Positions 18,192 to 26,814 of a stretch of 64,000 nt of DNA are shown piece after piece. The notes beneath the pieces were generated by a model. It was not told the DNA's origin and did not search any database. It saw only the letters and a program-made list of their open reading frames with translations. The position numbers were made by a program, and so were the translations under genes. The stretch is from an uncultured Acidobacteriota bacterium (GTDB lineage: Bacteria > Acidobacteriota > Thermoanaerobaculia > UBA5066), in contig CAVZYA010000001.1 of assembly GCA_963779415.1 (NCBI GenBank), forward strand, positions 516,519 through 580,518, in the 5' to 3' direction. Numbering within the stretch: the stretch's first letter is position 1; every line of letters begins with the position of its first letter.

Positions 18192-19415
18192 ATGAGCAGC
18201 GAGAACGACGTCGCGCAGACTCAGGAGGACCAGCCGATCGGCTGGCAGCGCCTCGGCGACGTCCTGACACCGCCGATTCCCGGCTTCGAGGACCTCCTCT
18301 TCCTTCCGAGCCTCGACAATCAGTCCTCCAACATCTACGTCCTGCCGGGGGACTGCGTAACGATCGTGGACCCGGGGAACGATTACACGGCCTTAATGGA
18401 GCTCTTCCCTGCGAGAGCCAGGCCCGAGGACGTCAGGAAGATCGTCCTGACGCACGGGCATTTCGACCACGCCATGGGGGCGCTCGAGTTCCTCAGGACG
18501 TATCCGGATCGCCCCACGGGCGCGCGCATCGAGCTGATCCTCCACGAAGGGGGTCCCGACCAGTTCAAGCAGACGGCGAGGGAGCAGGGCGCCTCCGTGA
18601 CCGAGGTACGGGGCGGGGAGACTCTCGAGCTGAGCGGCCTTTCCTTCGACGTGATCTACACGCCAGGCCATACCATCGACGGCATCGCCCTCTATCACGC
18701 CCCCTCGAGGACCGTCTTCAGCGGCGACGTCGTGCTGCCGCTCGCGGTAGCCGGACCCGATCCCAAGGCCGGGGGAAGCCTGGACCAGTACCTGTTCGGG
18801 CTGAGGGCGTTGCTCGCGAGGGAGATCGAGAACGTCCTCCCGGGCCACGGCCCCGTCGTCGGCCCGGGCGGGAGGAAGGTCATCGAGCAGACCTACGAGG
18901 CCGTCATGATGAAGCTCCTGGGGGTCGAGAAGCCGATCCCGTGGATCCAGGGTGCCATTCAGCTCGCGGAGCGCGGGCTGCTGGAAGAGGCCGTTTTCTG
19001 CGCCGGGAAAGAGCTGGCCCGCGACCCGGGGCACGCCAAGGCCCTCGAGCTCAAGGCCGTGTGCCTCAACGATCTCGGGCGGTCGTCTGAGGCCCTCGAG
19101 GTCCTGGATCGGCTGCAGGAGCTGCAGGCCGGCGACGATGCGTTCATCCACGTCGGCAGGGGATATGCCCTCATGGGGCTTGGCCAGTTCGAGGAGAGCG
19201 TCAAGTGCTTCGACGCCGCTCTCCGCATCACGCCGGGCCTGAGGGACGCGCTCGTCTACAAGGGGATGGCCCTCCATCTCTCGGGGAACCACGAGGAGGC
19301 CATGGACATCGAGCCCTTCAGGACGGAGTTCATGGGGCGGTTCCGGAGCGAGCTGCTCAAGGCGTCGCGGCCCGCCCCGAAGGATGGCCTCGCCGAAGGC
19401 ACTGGAAAGGCCTGA
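18192..19415 (+). CDS. Metallo-beta-lactamase-fold hydrolase fused to TPR repeats
   Basis: AAGGAG lies 5 nt upstream. Motif VLTHGHFDH (HxHxDH) and TPGHT. The C-terminal ~150 aa are TPR-like helical repeats (..AKALELKAVCLNDLGRSSEALEVLDRL..). Confidence 0.85.
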   Translation: MSSENDVAQTQEDQPIGWQRLGDVLTPPIPGFEDLLFLPSLDNQSSNIYVLPGDCVTIVDPGNDYTALMELFPARARPEDVRKIVLTHGHFDHAMGALEFLRTYPDRPTGARIELILHEGGPDQFKQTAREQGASVTEVRGGETLELSGLSFDVIYTPGHTIDGIALYHAPSRTVFSGDVVLPLAVAGPDPKAGGSLDQYLFGLRALLAREIENVLPGHGPVVGPGGRKVIEQTYEAVMMKLLGVEKPIPWIQGAIQLAERGLLEEAVFCAGKELARDPGHAKALELKAVCLNDLGRSSEALEVLDRLQELQAGDDAFIHVGRGYALMGLGQFEESVKCFDAALRITPGLRDALVYKGMALHLSGNHEEAMDIEPFRTEFMGRFRSELLKASRPAPKDGLAEGTGKA

Positions 19416-19540
19416 AAAAAGACTTCGAGATCCCGGGGCCAAGGGATAGACTCGCTCGCGTTTCACCCCAGATTCCGACCGCGGCCCGCGTCGCCGGCCT
19501 CTCCCGGCGAGCCGGGCAAGAGACAGGAGGAGACGTCGCC

Positions 19541-21214
19541 GTGAGCACGATTCCCGAAAACTATCTTCCCCCGAAGGAGTTCCAACCCGAGCGGATCTAC
19601 AAGCTGAAGGAGTTCGCGAGCTACCCGGATCCGCTGAACAGCACCGAGGAGCTACTCGACAAACAGATCGCCGCGGGCCGGGGCGACAGCCCGGCGGTCC
19701 TCTTTGCGGACAAGGTCCTGACCTACAAGCAGCTTCTGGGGGCGTCCTGCAAGATCGGGAACGCGCTCCGGAAGCTGGGGGTCGAGGAGTCGGACCGGGT
19801 GTTGCTCCGCTCTCCGAACGTTCCGCCCGCCCTCTTCACGAACTTCGGGGTCCTGAGGCTCGGGGCGGTCATCGTCCCGACCTCTCACATGCTCTCCCCC
19901 CCGGAGATCATCCACATCGCCAACAACGCCGAGGCGAAGGTGATCGTGGTGGCGTCCGCGTTCCTCGAAGGGGTCATCAAGGCGCGCCCGAACCTGAAGA
20001 CCGTCAAGCACGTCATCGTCTTCGGCGGCCAGCCCGAGGAGCTGAAGAAGCAGGATCTTCTCTGCTACGAGGAGCTCGTCGCGAACGAGGCGCCGGCCTT
20101 CGCCCCGGTACGCCGTCCGCGCAAAGCCGTCGCCGTTCTTCTTTACACCTCGGGCACGACCGGCCTGCCGAAAGGGACGGTCCACTACCAGGAAGAGGCC
20201 CTGATCGTTCCGGACACCTTCGGCAAGTACGGATGGAACGTCCAGCCGGAAGACATCATCTGCGGACCCGCGCCCATCTCGCTGGCCGGCGGATACTCGA
20301 CCGTGGCGACGATCCCCTTCCGGTTCGGCGCCGCGGCCTCCCTGATTCCCAAATTCACGCCGGACGGGCTCTTCGAGACGGTCCAGAATCACAAGGTGAC
20401 GATCCTGAGCGCCCTCCCCACGGCGTACCGCAAGATGCTCGAGGTTCCCGGCGCGGAGAAGAAATACAACCTCTCCACCCTCCGCGTCCTGACCGGTGGC
20501 GGTGAATCGCTGACCGCAAAAACCTACAACGACTGGAAGGGGCGCTTCGGCCAGGAGATCTACGAGGGGCTCGGCACGTCGGAGATGATGTACGTCTTCG
20601 TCTCGAGCGTGGTGACGCGGAAAGTCAAGCCCGGCGCGATCGGCACCGCCGTCCCCGGTTACGAGATCCAGGTCATCACCGAGGAGGGAAAGGTCGCCAA
20701 GCCCGGAGAGCTGGGCCGGCTTTACGCCCGCGGGCCGACGGGGACGCTCTACTGGCGCCCGTACGAGGACGGCGGCAGCATGCTGGAGAAGCAGAAAGCC
20801 GTCATCCGCGAGGGGTGGGTGCTCGTCGGGGACTTCTGCACGATAGACGACGACGGGTACCTCAGCTTCGTGTCGCGCCAGGAGGACCTGATCAAGAGCT
20901 CCGGCTACCGGATCGGACCCGAGGAGGTCGAGGACGCTCTTCTCAAGCACCCGGCCGTGGCGGACGCCGGCGTGATCGGGGTTCCGGACCCCGTCCGGGG
21001 CCACAACGTCAAGGCCTTCGTCCTCCTGAGGCCCGGACAGACGCCGAGCGACGAGCTGAAGCAGCAGATCATCGACAGTTGCCGAGATCACATCGCGATC
21101 TACAAGCTTCCCCGCATCATCGAATTCACGAGCGAACTCCCGCGCACCCTCCAGGGGAAGCTCCTCCGGCGGGTTCTGCGGGACAAGGACAAGGGGGCGG
21201 CTCCCGCGAGCTAG
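19541..21214 (+). CDS. AMP-forming acyl-CoA synthetase (benzoate-CoA-ligase-like)
   Basis: ORF 19205..21214 trimmed to GTG 19541, after AGGAGGA. AMP-binding motifs LLYTSGTTGLPKG, GYRIGPEEVE and a C-terminal ..LPRTLQGKLLRR. Confidence 0.9.
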   Translation: MSTIPENYLPPKEFQPERIYKLKEFASYPDPLNSTEELLDKQIAAGRGDSPAVLFADKVLTYKQLLGASCKIGNALRKLGVEESDRVLLRSPNVPPALFTNFGVLRLGAVIVPTSHMLSPPEIIHIANNAEAKVIVVASAFLEGVIKARPNLKTVKHVIVFGGQPEELKKQDLLCYEELVANEAPAFAPVRRPRKAVAVLLYTSGTTGLPKGTVHYQEEALIVPDTFGKYGWNVQPEDIICGPAPISLAGGYSTVATIPFRFGAAASLIPKFTPDGLFETVQNHKVTILSALPTAYRKMLEVPGAEKKYNLSTLRVLTGGGESLTAKTYNDWKGRFGQEIYEGLGTSEMMYVFVSSVVTRKVKPGAIGTAVPGYEIQVITEEGKVAKPGELGRLYARGPTGTLYWRPYEDGGSMLEKQKAVIREGWVLVGDFCTIDDDGYLSFVSRQEDLIKSSGYRIGPEEVEDALLKHPAVADAGVIGVPDPVRGHNVKAFVLLRPGQTPSDELKQQIIDSCRDHIAIYKLPRIIEFTSELPRTLQGKLLRRVLRDKDKGAAPAS

Positions 21215-21241
21215 GCGCCGACCCCGGCGAGGAGGCCGGCC

Positions 21242-22054
21242 ATGGCGGTCGTCACGGTGTCGCGCGGAGCCGGGAGCAAGGGGCAGGCATTCGCCCGGCA
21301 GCTTGCCGACCGCCTTGGATACGAGCTCGTCAGCCGGGAGGACGTCGTTCAGGCGGCGGCTAAATCCGGCGTCCCCGCCGAGAGGTTGCAAAAAGCGCTT
21401 CTCGAGGCGCCCGGCTTCTGGGACAGGCTCACCCTCGACCGGAAGCGATATCTGGCGTTCGTCCAGGCGGCGCTTTCGGAGCGGGCCCGCAAGGACCGGA
21501 TCGTCTACGAGGGGAACGCGGGACACCTGCTGCTCCGCGGCGTCTCGCACGTCGTCTGCATTCGTCTCCTGGCGCCGCTCTCGCACCGCGTCCAGACGGC
21601 CGTGGAAACTCTCGGGATGAGTCACGACGAAGCCGTTCGTTACATCGAGAGCTCGGATCACGAACGGGAGAACTGGACGCGCTTTCTCTACGGCGTGGAC
21701 TGGCTCGATGCCGCCCTCTACGACGTCACCCTCAATCTGAGGACGCTCCTGATCGACGGCGCCGTCGAGGCGGCGCTGGCGGTCGTCCAGCGCCCGGAGT
21801 TCGCGCCGACCGGAGAGAGCCGGAGCGCGATGGAGAACCTCGTTCTGGAAAGCCGCGTGCAGGCGGCCCTCGCGTCCAATGGCGAGACCGCGGCGGCGGC
21901 GGTCCAGGTACATGCCGGGGACGGAGTCGTGTCGCTTCGGGGCCGGGTCCGCCCGGCCCGGATGGTCGACGCCGTCCTCGGCGTCGTCGGCCGCGTGGAC
22001 GGTGTGAAGGAGATCGACTCGCGGGACCTCGGAGCGCCCGACTACACCGTTTAG
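21242..22054 (+). CDS. Cytidylate-kinase-like family protein with a C-terminal BON domain
   Basis: N-terminus VVTVSRGAGSKGQAFARQLADRLGYELV (P-loop-like, Cytidylate_kin2 type). C-terminus VQVHAGDGVVSLRGRVRPARMVDAVLGVVGRVDGVKEI (BON-like). Confidence 0.75.
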   Translation: MAVVTVSRGAGSKGQAFARQLADRLGYELVSREDVVQAAAKSGVPAERLQKALLEAPGFWDRLTLDRKRYLAFVQAALSERARKDRIVYEGNAGHLLLRGVSHVVCIRLLAPLSHRVQTAVETLGMSHDEAVRYIESSDHERENWTRFLYGVDWLDAALYDVTLNLRTLLIDGAVEAALAVVQRPEFAPTGESRSAMENLVLESRVQAALASNGETAAAAVQVHAGDGVVSLRGRVRPARMVDAVLGVVGRVDGVKEIDSRDLGAPDYTV

Positions 22055-22082
22055 GCGAGACGGCCGAAAATCTCCGTTCCCC

Positions 22083-22460
22083 TCAGGACTTCGGACCCCC
22101 CGTCAGGCTCACGATGAGGTCCCGAAGCTGCGTGATCTTGAACGGCTTGGGAATGAAATCCACCGCTCCGCTCCGCATCGCCTCGCGCGCCGTGTCGACG
22201 GTGGCGAAACCGGTGATGATGATCACCTTCGTCGCCGGCGCGTGCTCCTGCGCAAACCGGAGGACATCGATGCCGTCCGGCCCCTGCATCTTGAGATCCG
22301 TCACGAGGACGTCGAATTTCTCTTCCATCAGCCGGTCGATGACCTTCTGGCTGTCCGTGTAGGTCTCCACTTCGAAGCCGCTCTTCTCCAGCGCCGGCTT
22401 GAGCCTCTCGCACACGATGGGCTCGTCGTCGAGGATCAGGATCCTCCGTTTGCCTCTCAT
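22083..22460 (-). CDS. Single-domain response regulator (CheY-like receiver)
   Basis: RILILDDEPIV..VLVTDLKMQGPDGIDVL..VIIITGF..FIPKPF. The start overlaps the upstream stop (ATGA, 22457-22460). Confidence 0.9.
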   Translation of the reverse strand: MRGKRRILILDDEPIVCERLKPALEKSGFEVETYTDSQKVIDRLMEEKFDVLVTDLKMQGPDGIDVLRFAQEHAPATKVIIITGFATVDTAREAMRSGAVDFIPKPFKITQLRDLIVSLTGGPKS

Positions 22461-25069
22461 CGCGTCTGTCGTCTCCTTTCCATGCCGCCATCGTCAAAGC
22501 CCGACACCACGCCGTACTTCCCCTCCATGAAGCTGCTCACGAACCGGTCGACGAGACCGTCGTCGCGCAGGAGGATGTCGAGCTGTCTCGTGAAGCCGAT
22601 CAGGCGCCCGATCATCCGGAGGCGATCGACCATGGCGTCGCAGGGGATCTTCTTCACCCTCCCGATCACGAGGTCGCCCGCCCCGCCGACCACGAAGTCG
22701 TGGGCCGTGAGAATCTGCCGGAGGAGGACGGCGCGACGGGCCCGACGCGTCATTTCGGTCACGCCGCCGGTGAAGCGGAAGTAGATGTAGTTGTCGCTGC
22801 GCGACTCCGAAAGAAAGGACTCCACGATGTTGAAGTGATACCCGAGCCGGAGGCTCAGGTTCAGGTAATCGGCGGCAACGATGGCGACGTTCAGGTCCGG
22901 GCGCATCGACGACTGGTCGGTGAGCGCTTGGGAGCGGGTCATGCTCGACATGAAGCCGTCGAGGTCCATGTCGGCCGGCCCGGTGGCCCAGACGCCTTCG
23001 GTGGCCAGTCCCTCCATCACGGCCTGGAGCGGGCGCGAGCGGATCTGTTCGGGGCGGAGTGGCGTCCGGTCATCGCCGGATTCCACGCCCCCGCCGAGGT
23101 CGATGACGACGAGGTCGAGCGGCACCTTCAGGTCCAACCGGCGAACGGACCGGTCGCCCGGCCGGGGCGTCAGCCGGTGCCCTTCGGCCAGCTCCTCCAT
23201 CGCCTTCTCGTGGGCGAAGCGGATGATGTCGTGGTACGTCAGGCAATACTTGGGGAAGAAGTTCGACCCCCGGGGATTCTTGAGGTTCAGCGGGGCGATC
23301 TTCCGGAGCATCCGCCGGAGGAGACGGAACTCGGGCGTGTCGGAGAACGTCGCCCGGCGTAGGAGCTGATCCTCCAGAAGCTCGCGGACGCAGCCCGCGT
23401 AGACCACGTTCTCTTCGGCGTCCACGGTCACCTCGCCGGCGTCCCTGAGAAGCTCCGTGGCGTTCCCGGCGTCGACGATGGCGGGCACGCGGAACTCGCG
23501 CGCGATGGCGGCGAGGTGGCCGGTGGAGGTGCCGATGTCGGTAATGACGGCGGCGGCCTGCGCCACGGCCGCCGCCAGCCGAGGCGAAGAGGTCCTCGCC
23601 ACCAGAACGACGCCCGGGGTGACGACGTCCAGCTCCTCGGAGCCCGCGAGGATGCGGACGGGGCCGGAGCCGATGCCGCGGCATGCCACGACGCCGCGGT
23701 TCTTCAAAAGGACGGGATGACGGCTCGTCACCTCGTCCAGATCGAGAGACAAAGGGGGCGGGAGATTCACGAGACGAAGCGGCCTCGATTGCAGGACGAA
23801 GAGACGCCCGTCGGGATCGATCGCCCACTCGATGTCCTGCGCTCCCTTCATGTACCTTTCGATCCGGAGCGCCGTGGCCGAAAGCTGCTGAAGCTCCGGA
23901 TCCGACACCGCCGGGACCGATCTCTCGGCCGCCGGAACGAGGACTCTTTCCACGCCGCCGCGGCCGACCGAGTACATTTCCGTCTTCTCGGCCACTCTCC
24001 TCGCGAGCACTTCGTGCGGCGCCTCCCGCGACACTTCGAACCGGTCGACGGCGAGGTTCCCTTCGACGACCGCCCGTCCGAGGCCGCGGGCGGCGGAAAT
24101 CTGGAGGACCCTTCTCGACGGGTCGTTCGGATCCAGTGTGTAGACGACGCCCGAAGCGCGCGCCGGGACCATGCTGAGGCAGGCCACGGCCATCAGCCCC
24201 TGTGCCGGATCGAGTCCGCCGCTCTTCCGGTACTGCATCACTCCGGCGGAGAAGAGGCTCGACACCACCTGCCGGTAGGCCGGGAGGACGTCCGCGGGCG
24301 AGACCCCCAGCCGGGTCTCGTACTGCCCGGCGAAGCTGAGCTCGCCGTCCTCGCCGAGCGCGCTGCTCCGGACGGCGAGGGCCACGAACTTCCCCTTCTG
24401 CTTCAGATCGTCGAGAGCTTTCCGGACCGCTCGCGCGAGCTCCTTCGGCAACGCCGCGTCCCGAACCTTCGCTTGGAGGGCGTTCGCCAGCCCGGCCATT
24501 CCAGCCGTCCGGTCCGCCTCGTTCCCGCTCCGCCAACTCTCGATCATGGCTCCGATTCCCGCCTGCTCGAGGAAGAGCTGGCAGGCGTAAGCCGTGATCA
24601 CGAAGCCCTCCGGAACGTGGCAGCCTTCCAGCTTCTTCAGGGAGCCGAGGCGGGCGATCTTCTCGCCCACGGTGTCGGCCAGCTCCTCCCCGACGCTCTC
24701 GAGGGGAACGACGATGTCCGCCTCGGGGACGAAAAGGCGCGACTCCAGCGTGGCGCGCACCGAGGCGTCGGCGCGCTTGAGGGCGTCGACGAGATCCGGG
24801 TAGCGGTCGCCCGTGATGGCGTTGAGGTCGAAGACGACCGCGCGGGTCGCCGCCTCGAGCTGCCCGGCGAGGGTGGCGAGCGTGTTCCGGTCGAAGACGT
24901 ACTCGCCTCCGAGCATCTCGCCCGCCTTCGCGATCAGTTCCAGGACCTCGTTGTTCTTGTCGACGAGGTCGCGCAGCCCCTCGATCCTCCGGCGAACGGC
25001 GTCGACCGTCTCCTCGGGCCGGGACTCCCGGGTGACCCTCTTCCAGAGGCTTCCCATATCGAGTGCCAC
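22457..25069 (-). CDS. PEP-utilising enzyme family protein (pyruvate, water dikinase-like) with an atypical C-terminal domain
   Basis: 870 aa. An N-terminal PPDK_N/ATP-grasp-like region is followed by the swivel phosphohistidine domain ..TDIGTSTGHLAAIAREFRVPAIV. The C-terminal ~330 aa (..LNLSLRLGYHFNIVESF..YIYFRFTGGV..) are not a canonical PEP/pyruvate TIM barrel as far as I can tell. Confidence 0.85.
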   Translation of the reverse strand: MALDMGSLWKRVTRESRPEETVDAVRRRIEGLRDLVDKNNEVLELIAKAGEMLGGEYVFDRNTLATLAGQLEAATRAVVFDLNAITGDRYPDLVDALKRADASVRATLESRLFVPEADIVVPLESVGEELADTVGEKIARLGSLKKLEGCHVPEGFVITAYACQLFLEQAGIGAMIESWRSGNEADRTAGMAGLANALQAKVRDAALPKELARAVRKALDDLKQKGKFVALAVRSSALGEDGELSFAGQYETRLGVSPADVLPAYRQVVSSLFSAGVMQYRKSGGLDPAQGLMAVACLSMVPARASGVVYTLDPNDPSRRVLQISAARGLGRAVVEGNLAVDRFEVSREAPHEVLARRVAEKTEMYSVGRGGVERVLVPAAERSVPAVSDPELQQLSATALRIERYMKGAQDIEWAIDPDGRLFVLQSRPLRLVNLPPPLSLDLDEVTSRHPVLLKNRGVVACRGIGSGPVRILAGSEELDVVTPGVVLVARTSSPRLAAAVAQAAAVITDIGTSTGHLAAIAREFRVPAIVDAGNATELLRDAGEVTVDAEENVVYAGCVRELLEDQLLRRATFSDTPEFRLLRRMLRKIAPLNLKNPRGSNFFPKYCLTYHDIIRFAHEKAMEELAEGHRLTPRPGDRSVRRLDLKVPLDLVVIDLGGGVESGDDRTPLRPEQIRSRPLQAVMEGLATEGVWATGPADMDLDGFMSSMTRSQALTDQSSMRPDLNVAIVAADYLNLSLRLGYHFNIVESFLSESRSDNYIYFRFTGGVTEMTRRARRAVLLRQILTAHDFVVGGAGDLVIGRVKKIPCDAMVDRLRMIGRLIGFTRQLDILLRDDGLVDRFVSSFMEGKYGVVSGFDDGGMERRRQTR

Positions 25070-25070
25070 C

Positions 25071-25874
25071 CTAGTGCGGCCGTCTGGACCCGCGGCCGAA
25101 GACGACTCCGGTGAACATGCCCGCGGCGATCGCGACCACGACGGAGACGATTCCGTAGAGGAGGCCGCGCTCGTGCGCCATTCTCGAGGTGAACGCGGCG
25201 AATCCCACCTGCTGCACGATCATGGCCGTCCCGGCCACGGCGGCCCCCTCTCCGTCGCGAAACGAGAAGAGCCGGACCCGGTACTCCCCGGGGGGGGTTT
25301 TCGCCGGGAGAAAGAGGTCCGCCGCGACCTCGAGGCGGCCTTCGCCCCCCGGTTTCAACGAGACCGTGCCTTCCACGAGGGACCAGAGCCCTTCGCCCTT
25401 CTTGAGCCGCACCAGCTCGCCGAACAGCGCCGCGCTGCCGGCGGCTGCCTCTCCGGCGGTCGCCCGGGCCTCCAGGGCATCCACGCCCACGCCGAGGCGT
25501 GCGAGGACCCCGGCGGGCGCGAGATCTCTCAGGGGCCCGGAGGTGCAGAGGAGATAGACGGACGGAACGTGGTCGAAGGCGACATCGCCGGTATTCATCC
25601 AGAAGAGACCCCAGACTCTCCCCTTTCTCTTGAGATCGAGCCGGCCCTCGCTCCCCTCGCAGACGACGGCGGCCTTCTGGCCGGCCGGAATCGTCCCGTG
25701 GACGTGAAGCAGGGCCCCATTGAAGAAGAGGCCGACCCGGACGACATCGGGCTCCACCGAAAGCGTTCCGTGCCCTTCGGCGGGGTCGCCCGGCGTCTGG
25801 CCGCCGGATCGGGTCGCCAGGACGGCGAGGCCCAGTGCGCCCAGCGCCCGAAGCCCCCAGCGCGAGGCCCTCAT
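25071..25874 (-). CDS. Secreted/membrane-anchored protein (TIGR02186-like, usual partner of TauE permeases)
   Basis: 267 aa with an N-terminal signal peptide (LRALGALGLAVLATRSGG) and a C-terminal TM helix (LLYGIVSVVVAIAAGMFTGVVFG). The family name comes from recalled architecture and neighbourhood only. Confidence 0.6.
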   Translation of the reverse strand: MRASRWGLRALGALGLAVLATRSGGQTPGDPAEGHGTLSVEPDVVRVGLFFNGALLHVHGTIPAGQKAAVVCEGSEGRLDLKRKGRVWGLFWMNTGDVAFDHVPSVYLLCTSGPLRDLAPAGVLARLGVGVDALEARATAGEAAAGSAALFGELVRLKKGEGLWSLVEGTVSLKPGGEGRLEVAADLFLPAKTPPGEYRVRLFSFRDGEGAAVAGTAMIVQQVGFAAFTSRMAHERGLLYGIVSVVVAIAAGMFTGVVFGRGSRRPH

Positions 25875-25877
25875 CGC

Positions 25878-26807
25878 TCAGTGCCCTCCCCCGTACGTCA
25901 GCATGACGTCCGGCTTCAGAAGAAGGCCGAGAAGCATCTTCACCATCACGGCCAGAACGATGACGGACATGAGGATCTTGAGCTGATCGGCCTGCAGCCG
26001 CTTGCTGAAGCGGGCGCCGACCTGGGCCCCGATGACCGAGCCGATCAGCAGTATCAGCGCCAGCACGACGTCCACGTTGTGGTTCACCGCGGCCTGGAGA
26101 ATCGTCACGTTGATGCAGGTGGCGAGGATCTGGAAAAGGCTCGTCCCCACGACCACGTGCATCGGCATCCGGAGGAGGTAGACCATCACCGGGACCATGA
26201 TGAAGCCCCCTCCGACCCCCATCACGGCGGCGAGCGCGCCGACCACCACCCCGAAGAAGAGCGGGACGAGCGCCGAGAAAGTGACGTTCGAGCGCGCGAA
26301 GTGCATCTTCATGGGAAGGGCCTCGACGAGGCGAGCGAGCGGCGACCGACGCCGTTCCGCGCCCTGCGGAGTCGGACGGCGCCCCCCGCGAAGCCCCTGA
26401 AGGCTCTCGAAGAACATGTAGCTGCCGACGCCGCCGAGCATCAGGACGTACGTCGCCGTGATCACGAAACCCGCCTCGCCGGCGCTCCGGAGAAGCTTGA
26501 TCAAAACGACGCCGAGCGACCCGCCGACGATGCCGCCGACGAGGAGCAGTCCCCCCATCCTGAAGTCGACCGACCCGGCCCGAGCGTGCGCATACGTCCC
26601 CGAGGCCGAGGCCGCCACGATCTGGTTGGAGTCCGAGGCGGCCGCGATCGTGGCGGGAACGCCGATCATCATCAGGAGGGGGGTCATCAGGAACCCGCCG
26701 CCCACCCCGAAGAGGCCCGAGAGGAAGCCGACGAGCCCTCCCAGCCCGAGGAGAAGGAAGACGTTCACCGCGTTGCCGGCGATCGGCAGATAGACGGAGA
26801 AGCTCAT
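25878..26807 (-). CDS. Sulfite exporter TauE/SafE family permease
   Basis: 309 aa, polytopic. Carries the repeated motif GFLSGLFGVGGGFLMTPLL / AAVMGVGGGFIMVPVM. Confidence 0.88.
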   Translation of the reverse strand: MSFSVYLPIAGNAVNVFLLLGLGGLVGFLSGLFGVGGGFLMTPLLMMIGVPATIAAASDSNQIVAASASGTYAHARAGSVDFRMGGLLLVGGIVGGSLGVVLIKLLRSAGEAGFVITATYVLMLGGVGSYMFFESLQGLRGGRRPTPQGAERRRSPLARLVEALPMKMHFARSNVTFSALVPLFFGVVVGALAAVMGVGGGFIMVPVMVYLLRMPMHVVVGTSLFQILATCINVTILQAAVNHNVDVVLALILLIGSVIGAQVGARFSKRLQADQLKILMSVIVLAVMVKMLLGLLLKPDVMLTYGGGH

Positions 26808-26814
26808 CGGCGCA

